A stretch of DNA of 64,000 bases from Macrostomum hystrix (lineage: Eukaryota; Animalia; Platyhelminthes). Numbering within the stretch: position 1 is the first letter of the stretch; each line of letters opens with the position of its first letter. The translations under genes and the position numbers were made by a program. This document shows positions 47,401 through 59,111 of this stretch, in pieces. The notes beneath the pieces are model-generated. The model saw only the letters and a program-made list of their open reading frames with translations, made no database searches and was not told the origin of the DNA. Location of the stretch: contig CATNEN010000041.1 in the NCBI GenBank assembly GCA_950097015.1, forward strand, positions 744,001 to 808,000, in the 5' to 3' direction.

Positions 47401-48501
47401 GAGAAACAACGCGTTCTTGGACCCGTTCCTCACAGACAAGATGACGCTGCTGTGTACAGAGAATCTGCGCGGCATCGGTGCCAAGAACTGTCACGTCACC
47501 TCGGAGCTGTTCTATTCGCCCAACGCTTACTGCTTCTCGGATCCAGCAGAGCGAATGGCGGACATCTCCGCGGCTGACGTGATGGACACACAGTCGTTCG
47601 CCGAGGGCCTCGTCGTATCCTCTCCGAACCTGACTGGTCTGCTTGCCTCTGTGTTCTTCTGTCCGGAGTCGCTGGCCTTCTTGGAGTCCATCATTCACGG
47701 CTCGAACCAGCCCAGCGTCGACGACTACCTCAGCCTGGACTTTTGCATCCCAAGCTGCCTGAGTCGGGGCGACTCCACGAACCTCAATCGGGTCTTCGGC
47801 TTCCGTCTGTTGCAGCTGGGGGCCGACGACTACCCGCTGCGCGACATCTTCGAGCTCTTCGACTGCAAGGTTGGCAAAATGTTATTCTTGTTGCGCTCTA
47901 ATCGCATTTTTGCATTGTCACAAAATCTCATTCTCTTGGGACGCAGCTCTCATTGTTCAAATTTAACTATGTAGTAAAACCATGGTAGATTTTTATGGCA
48001 GAGTATGATTGATTACTCTGATATGTAGATATGTATGATATGTATGATGTAGATATGTATGATTGAGCCTTTGATTATGCTAAAAGGTGCTTAGGCTAAT
48101 GGAGATCAAAGATAACGCGACATTTCATCCTGAACGCCCGATAGGAAATGAAATGGGAGGACCTGCTGATCACCTGCATGGACAAGTTCAACATCATGTG
48201 CCTGGGCGTCTATCGCCGACGCATCATTTTGAACAAGAAATCCCAAACCTCAGCGTCTGCTGGCGGCTGGTTTGTAATGACTTTCCCGATTGCAGAGACT
48301 CGGATTGATCAAACTGACAGGGTAACTATCCGCACTATCGGTAGCTTACGCAAATAGACTATGGATCCACAGTTCTTTCAGATTTTCTTTCAGATTTTCT
48401 GTTTCGCTCCTCCGGCGCCGAGGCGGGCGCAGGTCTCCAGGACGCTGTCTGATGTCACATTCGACCGCAGAAGAAGCGCGTCTCGAAGTTTATTGCTGTG
48501 A
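41474..48501 (+). CDS. Slo-A: Slo1/BK-family (S0-S6 + RCK1 + RCK2) K+ channel-like protein. Approximate exons 41474-41493, 41685-41877, 43148-43209, 43404-43506, 43589-43700, 43790-43941, 44106-44306, 44630-44724, 44807-44923, ~45034-45301, ~45706-46047, 46377-46577, ~46823-47869, 48146-48321, 48394-48501
   Basis: IDLGLNVYFVIFFLIR (S2), FLCALRL (S4), pore FYFLIMTACSMGYSSISP, RCK1 HIIYCG and RIIVQI, RCK2 DITGTLHW, GHVLVAIIG, LVLPLRN, HEWRGIRNFP, NIMCLGVYR, IFCF are collinear with Slo1; GT-AG phases consistent where checked. Confidence 0.88.
41875..43092 (+). repeat. Intronic minisatellite, 28-bp unit CTGGTGAGTGACAGTGWGGGGCARGGWK, about 43 copies, beginning at the exon-2 splice donor
   Basis: The unit reproduces the exon end GGGGCAAGGTGCTG plus donor GTGAGT. 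Confidence 0.95.
44362..44478. repeat. Direct tandem duplication of about 58 bp (intronic)
   Basis: CAGAAACTGGGATGTTAACCACTCAG...GTCATCAGC occurs twice. Confidence 0.85.
45394..45660 (-). mobile_element. CORE-type tRNA-derived SINE, family B, copy 1
   Basis: tRNA-like head GTTGCCTTGTGGTTAGAGCGTCGGAC...GGTTCGATTCCC; central TGTGTCCTTTAGCAAGACACTTAACTCTGCATTGCTACAGTTCACCCAGCTGTTAAGTGGG resembles the MIR CORE domain; copies at 54668 and 59849. Confidence 0.8.
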
Positions 48502-49846
48502 TCTCGTGCAGCATACTTGCTACCAACAACGCGATGCGAAGAGATATTTGCTGATTTTATTCAATCTCGTGCTCGTTTCCCCCCTTACCCTTTAAGACAG
48601 CAATGAGATCTGAGCAGTGTTGATTCTGTATGCAGGTCAGATCTTGTTCTGTTTTCATAATAATCAGACAAAAAAATAAAGTGAACTTCGAGCTAGTTTA
48701 GCACTAAGGAAAGCGTGAAGGCATTTTCTTATACACTACTTAAATGTGACTACTATGATTTGCCGAATTGATTATCAATATTAGTGACGATGATATGATG
48801 ACAATGTGACGATGACGATGATTACGTTCTTAATTGCAGCTTGTTAGTCACTCTGTGTTATAATTGAACACTGTTTAGTCCGCTAAATGGAGCAAGAAAC
48901 CGTACTCCTTCCTATGTTACTCGTACAGAACTTATTGATACCTTGCAGTTTGCTGTCTGAACTAAGAAAGCTGCGAAATCTGAAACAAATATTTGCTTGG
49001 CACACATCTGCGCTGAGTCTTTGCTTAGTGATCCGTTTGGCTCCGAAAATTTTGCTTTTTGCATCGTTTTGAAGCAACACTACAATAGGGCAGAACAGCG
49101 CGTCTCAAGCCCAGAGTACGAATGGCGACGTCGGGCGCTTTGGTGAAACGAAAAACTCAGTCATGTAAGTAATTCCTGGTTAGAGGAACTAAGGCCCGGC
49201 CTTAACAGGATCAACTGCAGGAAGTTCTTACTGAGCACTGACCCCGATGCTTTCGTCAGCTTGGAAGACGGCATGCAGCGACTGTATGCGGTCTTCCAGG
49301 AATGATCCGACGCAGCCCTCTCTGCTGGACCGGAGCACACACCACGCCGCACCTATTCACCTGTTCTACTAACCCGACATAGCTAGGTCTGCAGGACTTT
49401 TGCCCAGCAGTGGTTGCCAAGTATCCTTATAGCCAAGACCTGGGTCTATCACTTCGTAAGCCAAATTCGTTATTCTCGTGTCGCAAAAAACGGTTTATCA
49501 TTGGGCATTGCGAATCGCAAAAGAGCATGGCTGAAATTATGACTCATTTTTTTACAATTATTTACCGCAGCTCATTTGTGAAATTCAGGATCGCTGCTTC
49601 CCTCAATAACAAATTTAGTTTATAAGCATTCACATGTGATACGATAAAGGCTGGCTTCTCATTTCCGGATCTTCTGTTGCGATGCTGGGTCAAGTCTGTG
49701 ACCATAGACTAAAATAGTTCACCCACAGGCTGTCATACATCTGCTATCATAGCCCTCAGCTTCTCATTTGAAATTAGCGAATATTGCAGCTTACCTGCAG
49801 ACCAAGCGATTAACTGCAAACAGTAAAACTTCATGCGGCTCTGACG

Positions 49847-52800
49847 ATGGCGGAGGATCAGCTATAGTAAGTCACTGCTTTATACTTTTATACTTCGATT
49901 CAATATATACTGGGAATCATCAAGATGACTAATCAAAAGTCATCTAGAATTAAGTCTTAGCAAGAGCAGAAGAAATAAGGTGCATATGTTCTAAGCAAGT
50001 GCACATGCTCAAGCACTGCACACAGTGCTGCAGCCAAAGCTTCTCATCGGTTTCAGCTGTTTGGACCTCCTGAAAGAAGTGATCGGCATCTGCTGCGCAC
50101 TGGGCCTCCTGCTGCTGATCGGCGCCTGCAATTTTCTCTGCTCGACCGAACTCTTCCGCAGGCAGCTGGTGCGATTCCCCGTGTTCCTGCGAATCCGCGA
50201 CATCTGCGAGATCGCCTCTAACAACTGGACAAGGTGCGGCAAGGTGTTGGTGAGTGGCTCGATTTAATCGTTTGATACTCAATTGTCACCCCAGACCGAC
50301 TAATACATGTAAAATGAGTTATTTCACAAGTCATTGTGTAGAGCTATTACTGATGGCTACTTGGTCCTGACTGAGCAACATTGCTCCAACAAAGGTGCTT
50401 GTTTTAGCCGAGTTCCGTCAATTCCAGAGCACTCTATGGAGCGTCTTCAGCGTGGCCTCTTTTTTCTTTTTCGTGGTACACACAATCACGTGAGCAGATC
50501 TTGCGGTTGTTCTTCGCGATTCGCTACTTGCGCTCATTCACAATGTCCCCTGCTGGGCAAATCCCATTCCAGCCACCCGGGACGGATCGTGTTCCAGAAA
50601 ACGAAATTAGACAGCATTCTGGTGTACCTCGACTTGGGCCTCAACGTGTTCTTTGTGATTTTCTTCATAATTCGAGTGAGTCCACAGGCCGCAGATCATT
50701 GTTGGCAGTTTTTCATTATGCATCGAATGGCAAATTACCAATGATTAGCCAAATGGGATGAAAAAAAGATGGAAAAGTTAGGCCTCATCGGTTCCTGCAT
50801 AGGTGCGAGTCTATTCATAGGTACATAAAGTCTGTAGACACGGGAGCATAAAATGCCATAGTCGACCCTCTGGTAGTGCGGAAGCGATTTCGCATGTCCA
50901 TTTCGTTGACCCTGAGCACACGCGCACAGATACCTACGCAGGCACAATAAGATGGGGTGTGCTATTCTGCCCTGACACTCCCAGTGCCTTGGAGGTTGAC
51001 CCTCGAAGGCGTAAATTGCACAACAACCCCAAGCCTTCTCTCCGCGGCTGCGCTTCAAATGAATGTGGCCTGGTCGCGGATTCGAGCTCAGGGATGCGTC
51101 ACTGCTCCGGCACTCACCGCTCACTCACGAAGAGAGCTGATGTGAATCGCACTGCAGGTTGAATACCCCATGTCAGAGACCCACAGCTGTGTCACATCCG
51201 AGTTTTGATTTTGAAAAGTAACGGGCAGAGACTAGCATTGTTTCGATGCGACCTCAGCTAAGAATGACTCTGATTTTCTAGCATAATAAGTGTTGGTTCA
51301 AGGGTGGCTTGATGTGTTGAGAAGTTTCTTTTGAAGAGGCCGGACGCCGTTGAAGGCACTGAAAGACCCTTGCAATTCGATTAGAGCGACAGTGATGCAG
51401 ATGTGACTTAATTTTCCAGTTTATTGGCACGAACGACAAGTGGAACTTCGTGGTGAGCTCAAGCACCTGGATGGAGATTCTCACAGTTGGGCCGGCGCTT
51501 ATGGCAACACAGGGGGATAAGAAGCAGCTCAGTGAGTTTCTTCAGTTCTTCAATGATGCGCATTGATTATGAGCACACCTAGTAGGAGTGAGTTTCTTCA
51601 GTTCTTCAATGATGCGTATTGATTATGAGCACACCTAGTAGGAGTGAGTTTCTTCAGTTCTTCAATGATGCGCATTGGTTATGAGCACACCTAGTAGGAG
51701 TGAGTTTCTTCAGTTCTTCAATGATGCGCATTGATTATGAGCACACCTAGTAGGAGTGAGTTTCTTCAGTTCTTCAATGATGCGCATTGGTTATGAGCAC
51801 ACCTAGTAGGAGTGAGTTTCTTTAGTTCTTCAATGATGCGCATTGATTATGAGCACACCTAGTAGGAGTGAGTTTCTTCAGTTCTTCAATGATGCGCATT
51901 GGTTATGAGCACACCTAGTAGGAGTGAGTTTCTTCAGTTCTTCAATGATGCGCATTGGTTATGAGCACACCTAGTAGGAGTGAGTTTCTTCAGTTCTTCA
52001 ATGATGCGCATTGGTTATGAGCACACCTAGTAGGAGTGAGTTTCTTCAGTTCTTCAATGATGCGCATTGGTTATGAGCACACCTAGTAGGAGTGAGTTTC
52101 TTCAGTTCTTCAATGATGCGCATTGGTTATGAGCACACCTAGTAGGAGTGAGTTTCTTCAGTTCTTCAATGATGCGCATTGGTTATGAGCACACCTAGTA
52201 GGAGTGAGTTTCTTCAGTTCTTCAATGATGCGCATTGATTATGAGCACACCTAGTAGGAGTGAGTTTCTTCAGTTCTTCAATGATGCGCATTGGTTATGA
52301 GCACACCTAGTAGGAGTGAGTTTCTTCAGTTCTTCAATGATGCGCATTGGTTATGAGCACACCTAGTAGGAGTGAGTTTCTTCAGTTCTTCAATGATGCG
52401 CATTGGTTATGAGCACACCTAGTAGGAGTGAGTTTCTTTAGTTCTTCAATGATGCGCATTGATTATGAGCACACCTAGTAGGAGTGAGTTTCTTCAGTTC
52501 TTCAATGATGCGCATTGATTATGAGCACACCTAGTAGGAGTGAGTTTCTTCAGTTCTTCAATGATGCGCATTGGTTATGAGCACACCTAGTAGGAGTGAG
52601 TTTCTTCAGTTCTTCAATGATGCGCATTGGTTATGAGCACACCTAGTAGGAGTGAGTTTCTTTAGTTCTTCAATGATGCGCATTGGTTATGAGCACACCT
52701 AGTAGGAGTGAGTTTCTTCAGTTCTTCAATGATGCGCATTGGTTATGAGCACACCTAGTAGGAGTGAGTTTCTTCAGTTCTTCAATGATGCGCATTGGTT

Positions 52801-55800
52801 ATGAGCACACCTAGTAGGAGTGAGTTTCTTCAGTTCTTCAATGATGCGCATTGGTTATGAGCACACCTAGTAGGAGTGAGTTTCTTCAGTTCTTCAATGA
52901 TGCGCATTGATTATGAGCACACCTAGTAGGAGTGAGTTTCTTCAGTTCTTCAATGATGCGCATTGGTTATGAGCACACCTAGTAGGAGTGAGTTTCTTCA
53001 GTTCTTCAATGATGCGCATTGGTTATGAGCACACCTAGTAGGAGTGAGTTTCTTCAGTTCTTCAATGATGCGCATTGGTTATGAGCACACCTAGTAGGAG
53101 TGAGTTTCTTCAGTTCTTCAATGATGCGCATTGGTTATGAGCACACCTAGTAGGTGTGAGTTTCTTCAGTTCTTCAATGATGCGCATTGGTTATGAGCAC
53201 ACCTAGTAGGAGTGAGTTTCTTCAGTTCTTCAATGATGCGCATTGGTTATGAGCACACCTAGTAGGAGTGAGTTTCTTCAGTTCTTCAATGATGCGCATT
53301 GATTATGAGCACACCTAGTAGGAGTGAGTTTCTTCAGTTCTTCAATGATGCGCATTGGTTATGAGCACACCTAGTAGGAGTGAGTTTCTTCAGTTCTTCA
53401 ATGATGCGCATTGATTATGAGCACACCTAGTAGGAGTGAGTTTCTTCAGTTCTTCAATGATGCGCATTGATTATGAGCACACCTAGTAGGAGTGAGTTTC
53501 TTCAGTTCTTCAATGATGCGCATTGATTATGAGCACACCTAGTAGGAGTGAGTTTCTTTAGTTCTTCAATGATGCGCATTGGTTATGAGCACACCTAGTA
53601 GGAGTGAGTTTCTTCAGTTCTTCAATGATGCGCATTGATTATGAGCACACCTAGTAGGAGTGAGTTTCTTCAGTTCTTCAATGATGCGCATTGATTATGA
53701 GCACACCTAGTAGGAGTGAGTTTCTTCAGTTCTTCAATGATGCGCATTGGTTATGAGCGCACCTAGTAGTTCAGAATCTTTATTAAATCAGAAAAAAAAG
53801 TTAAAAATAGATTCAGCCGTCTCAACTTTGAATAAGTGTAAAGTAATGCTTAAAAAATTCCTGCCGCGCATCTCGCAGTGTTTAGCTTCCTGCGAGCCCT
53901 GCGTCTCACATGCTTCAAGGACCTGCTTTTCGTTGTGAACATTGTGCACCGGCCAAACATGAAGACACTCGTCAACATCGTTGTGAACACTATCTGCATG
54001 TGGTTCGTCTTCGCCGGGATCATGTACATGGTGAGATGGGCAAAGTTTAGGTGGTAAAACCGTATAGAATAAAATCCTTGTGAGCCCCGAAGATACTGAG
54101 ATTGAAGCAAACAGGTTGCTCACTTGCAATATTTATATCAGAAGCATATATTCGGTTTTCACTCACTACGACCTGTATTTGTATAGTTTATCAACCTTTG
54201 AGAAACTGCAGTTTGACTTGCTTGAAACTTTTCTCTAGCTGAGAAGATTTTAACTTAACTCAACTGGCCCACGATTTTCCTATTTCAGACAGAGAATCTA
54301 TCCGAGTTCACCATCTTCACAAAGGATTTAAAACTGTGCCCCCAGGATGCGTATAACAATAAGATCGGAATGACCTTCTTCCGCAGCCTGTACTTTCTTC
54401 TGGTGACGGCCAGCAGCGTGGGTTACGGTGATATCACGCCCACCAGCATTCCCTCCAAGGTGGTCATCATAATCTTCGTGACTGTGGCTGTGGTAAGTCT
54501 CAGTACAGAGTGTATCATCCATGGCCCACAAAGACAATCATAGACTTTGAACACCAACAGAAAACTAAAGTCCCGTGCATTCGACTTGAAAATTTTCGAA
54601 CCCAGCAACTTGTCGAGCCCCTGGCCAATCGACTCCTAATCTATGGAAAATAAATTAATAACAATATATTACACCTGCCCAAATGGGGCGAGATGTGCTA
54701 CCGACAGTACAGAGGCAGCTGTTGCATCTGAAGGCTGCGTATGGCTGTTCAGTCCATGGACTGGTAAGGCGCCACAACCACCCTTAGTTACCCCGTCTAA
54801 TGCTGGTACCGTTTAACAGCTGGGTGATTTGAAGAAATGCTGAATTTTGTGTCTTGCTAAAGGACACAATTTTTCTTGGGGAGTCGCGAATCGCTGACTC
54901 CTGAACACACACGCAGACAGATCCCGTACGCAGGCACACGCTCACACAGGTGTGTACATCTGCCCTGACTTTCTCATCGTCAGGCAGTGTACACTTCACT
55001 GTGTCATCGAGGTTGGCCCTCAAGGGTGTAAATTGCGTGGCAAGCACTCAAGCTTTCTCTTGGCGGCTGCACCCCAAATGAATGTGGCCTCACCGTGGAA
55101 TCGAACTCAGGGACCTTGGTGCGAGGCTAACGCGTTAACCGCTCTGCCACGCACCCCCGTCCCTGGTCAATCGAGTAGTTGCAGCAGTCACGCGATCACC
55201 CATACCTTGCAGACATTCATAGCCTCCATAATCCCTGACATCTACGCAGTCTGCTCCGTGCCGCAAAACTTCGGCAATCGTTCCTTCTACACTGGCGCTA
55301 GTGAAAAGTGAGTATGAAGCTTCCCGCCTCGCGCTTCACTGGCTTTTTCCCTGTGCGGCCGCCGCAATTTCTCAACTGCTGCATTTTAGGCACATTATTT
55401 ACTGTGGCTCGTCACAACTGAGCAGGCTGAAGTCATTCTTCTGGAACCTTTATCACAACATTGACGATGTGACTGAGGGAATTTTCAGAGTTTGCTTTTT
55501 GCAAAGGTGAGGTGCTTTATAGAAATCTTTTTAAATATATTTATTGATGGAAAATAGAAAATGGAGCTTCGCCCCCAATCGAAAAACCTCCTTAGCTACC
55601 AGATCTCCGAGCAAATTACTTGGTTCCTACGTTCCTTCTGTGGTCGAGTCACGCTGGTCTTCGGTAGCCCCAACGAAGTTGACTTTCTGATGCAGAACTG
55701 CAAGCTCAACTCGGCGGAGGCTGTCATCCTCACCTCGGAAGCTGGAAACTCTCGATCGGAATTTGAAGCGGACAGGATCAACTACGTGCGCACCATTGGA

Positions 55801-58800
55801 CTGAAGCTGTGCGCTCCGCAGAGCAGAATCATTGTGCAGATCAAGAGCATGTATCACAAGGTCTGGCTGCTCTTTGCCCGCTTGCCACTTACTACATACT
55901 AAAATTTTCGTAACGTCGCATATTATCATAGAGACAAAACTGACGACAATAGTTGGGACTTTAAGAAGGCAAAACTAGGACTCACGATGGCAGCTCAAGA
56001 AGCACAGACTGGCATCCCTAAATCTGACAACCTTTGCAGCAATCCTTCCGAGCGTTGCCTCTCTGGCGCGCCCGCGCGAGCAAGCCGGGCTCTCTGCCAC
56101 CGGACGCGGTCCTGTGCGACAACCAGATTCTGCTGGGCCTCATGGGTATCAACTCGTTAGCGCCGGGCATGGCCACCTTGCTAATCAATCTGCTGAGCTA
56201 CCGAGAGTCGCAAAGCTCGATTGATATTGACAATGGCAGCGGAAACAGTGCCACAGGTGGGGGAAAAGGCGGAGCTAGCGAGGGTGGCGGCGAAGGGGGA
56301 GGCAACGCAGTCGGTGCTTCGCCCATTCGAGTCACAAACTGTAGCAGCTGGCGCAGCGCCTACAGCGCTGGCATCAAGGTGAAGTTCTACTGCGTCGGAT
56401 TCACGGCCAAACATCGTGACCGAAGCTTCAAGTCTTTGGCTTTGGAAGCCTTTCAGGTCATTTTAAGTGCTCGTTTGTGTAATTTGAGTTTTTTTGTATC
56501 TGGTTTTACGTCGTATTAATATTTACAATTTCTGCTAAGATAGGATCAGTTGTACTAAGAAAATGCTCTTAAAATAAGAGTCATTTTTGGTCCTTGTTGC
56601 CAGGCCCACAGTGTGCTCATGGTCGGAGTCTGCATGGTGGACAAGCTAACCGGCATGATGACCGGAGTCATCAACCCGGCATTCGACCCTGGCTTTATCA
56701 TCAACCCCAGCACTATGAGGGCCTTCATAGTCAGTCGAGATGTCGAGTCGGTGCGCAGGTTCGCTGAAGGTCTGGCCAGCGGCTTCGGTGGCGTGCTGAT
56801 TCATGGTGAGCCATCATGCCGCATTCGCCCTATGCAGTTCATGGCGGCACTTCCCACTATTCCGGTTGCGAATCAAGACTTCATTTATTCGCTGGAATGC
56901 ACAAAACTAATTTCAGTTCAATGTGTACTCCTCCGTGACTATTTAATACATTAATCTTAATGCTTCATTTCAAGGTGGCAGAAATAGAGAGCAGGAAAGT
57001 GGCGGAGATTATGGCAGTGGAGTTAACGGAGGCGGCGCAGGCGGCGCTAATACCAGCAGCGGTCCTGAAGCGGGCAGTGAAAACGTAGTAGATTTAAAAG
57101 ACGGTAACGAATACTTTGAATTCGACAAACTCATCCAGCCGAGCAGGAGCACTGGGGAGGGATACAAGCTCCAGCTTGAGAACATTGAGTAAGCCAAACT
57201 GTCAAACAAATTCATTAGTATCAAATTATATGCGAAAATAAGCTTTAAAGTGCTGACGCCCACAGCTCAAGTACCGGAGGGACTACCGAGGAGTCATCCG
57301 CAGTGGCAGGCATCAGTTTAAACTTGTCTGATGACTTTGGTATGTTTCTCAAACTAAAAACTGAATTTTTCAAAGTATTCTTCTGGGCTTTTAAAATCCA
57401 ATAATTTCGGTTTTGGCTTTAAAACATAGCAGAATGCCCCGAAGCTCAACCGCAGCTGCTAAGACCGGCGGTCCCTAAGTCCACGCATAATCAAAGAGCC
57501 AAGCCGCTGCACTCGACATTGGCGTTAGCTGCAAACACTTCAGGGCCACAAGAGGAGCGTCGCCTGGAGGAGTGGTACCGTGACAGAATTGACGCGCGCT
57601 GCGACAGTCCGCGTGAGCTTCACGCCGCCGAGCACGAATTCAACCCGCTGCTGGACATCACCGGCACGCTGCATTGGGCGCCGAACCGTCGCTGTCGGAA
57701 GTTTACCATCGACGAAGCGAAAACTATCAACTTCCGAGGCCACGTGCTGGTGGCCATCATCGGGCCACTGCAGCATCCAATCGGTCTGTCCTCGCTGGTG
57801 CTGCCATTGCGTAACTGCTCGATTCCGGTCGACCAGCTCAGCGACATTGTCATTCTCGGAAACGCCGAGTCCATCGAGAAGCACGAGTGGCGCGGCATTC
57901 GCAACTTTCCCTTCATCTACGTGGTAGACGGCAACGGAGTATACCCGCAACACCTGTTGTACTGTCGAGCTCAATGGGCCGCGGCGATGACTGTGATCAA
58001 TTTGGCTCAGAGAAACAACGCGTTCTTGGACCCGTTCCTCACAGACAAGATGACGCTGCTGTGTACAGAGAATCTGCGCGGCATCGGTGCCAAGAACTGT
58101 CACGTCACCTCGGAGCTGTTCTATTCGCCCAACGCTTACTGCTTCTCGGATCCAGCAGAGCGAATGGCGGACATCTCCGCGGCTGACGTGATGGACACAC
58201 AGTCGTTCGCCGAGGGCCTCGTCGTATCCTCTCCGAACCTGACTGGTCTGCTTGCCTCTGTGTTCTTCTGTCCGGAGTCGCTGGCCTTCTTGGAGTCCAT
58301 CATTCACGGCTCGAACCAGCCCAGCGTCGACGACTACCTCAGCCTGGACTTTTGCATCCCAAGCTGCCTGAGTCGGGGCGACTCCACGAACCTCAATCGG
58401 GTCTTCGGCTTCCGTCTGTTGCAGCTGGGGGCCGACGACTACCCGCTGCGCGACATCTTCGAGCTGTTCGACTGCAAGGTTGGGTGAATTTCGCTAAACT
58501 TTTCATATTGGGCTGAGAGTGTCCCAAACTTGTGCTAGCTTTAACCAGAAAGGACTTTTCTATAGTGCCAAAAACCAATTAATTCATATATTTTCTTAAA
58601 ATGTTAAGCAGCTCTATTTATACGCGTAGTTGTTTATTTATCTGTCGTATAAGCAATTTTACAAACAAGGGGGTTAATTCCAACAAATCTATTTTCAATT
58701 TTTTATTTTTTCTTTTTTTACTGACATCCTTGATGGGTCACAGGAAATGAAATGGGAGGACCTGCTTATCAGCTGCTTAGAAAAGTTCAGCATAATCTGC

Positions 58801-59111
58801 CTGGGTGTTTATCGTCGACGAAACGTCAGCCAAAAGAGCGCTGATTCGCCCTATACGCATGACGGCTGGTTTGTGATGACCTACCCGGACGCTGAGACCC
58901 AGATTGACACGAAGGACAAGGTAACTTTCGCTGGGGTGTCTAGCTAGATTTATAGATGTGGGCCTAGTGTCATTTTGTGTTCAAAATACTTCTTGTCCTG
59001 CTTCAAATGTCTACGGGAGCAATGCTCATTTCCCCAACTCGCTTTCAGATTTTCTGCTTTGCGCCACCCTCTCAGAGGCGAGGGACGTTGGTGTCATTTG
59101 TGAATTCGTGA
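49847..59111 (+). CDS. Slo-B: second Slo1/BK-family channel paralog. Approximate exons 49847-49866, 50057-50249, 50428-50489, ~50573-50675, ~51420-51531, 53879-54030, ~54288-54492, ~55212-55300, 55391-55507, ~55600-55860, ~56040-56456, ~56605-56806, linker exon(s) 56976-57310, ~57500-58478, 58745-58920, 59049-59111
   Basis: Same exon architecture as Slo-A, including a 20-nt first coding exon (MAEDQL vs MTDEEL); S4 FSFLRALRL; pore VTASSVGYGDITP; RCK1 and RCK2 motifs. Confidence 0.88.
50920..51120 (-). mobile_element. SINE family A, degenerate copy 2
   Basis: Aligns to 17020-17267 (CCCAAGCCTTCTCTCCGCGGCTGC, AAATGAATG, GAGCTCAGGGA). Confidence 0.7.
51532..53769 (+). repeat. Intronic minisatellite, 56-bp unit GTGAGTTTCTTCAGTTCTTCAATGATGCGCATTGRTTATGAGCACACCTAGTAGGA, about 40 copies, beginning at the S3-exon splice donor
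   Basis: Direct; the first unit's GT is the intron's first dinucleotide. Confidence 0.95.
54668..54890 (-). mobile_element. CORE-SINE family B, copy 2 (head incomplete, abutting a family A SINE)
   Basis: CAGTCCATGGACTGG, AACAGCTGGGTG, GTGTCTTGCTAAAGGACACAA shared with copy 1. Confidence 0.75.
54900..55158 (-). mobile_element. SINE family A, copy 3
   Basis: Head GGGTGCGTGGCAGAGCGGTTAACGCG...GAGTTCGATTCC; aligns with copy 1. Confidence 0.8.

Noticed and set aside
46931-47698. 255-aa minus-strand ORF duplicated at 57540-58307
   Set aside because: Antisense shadow of the RCK2 exon; duplicated only because of the conversion tract
49120-49310. Short coding-looking segment (NSWLEELRPG...AVFQE*) between the channel genes
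   Set aside because: About 45 codons, no clear start or acceptor, no homology recognised
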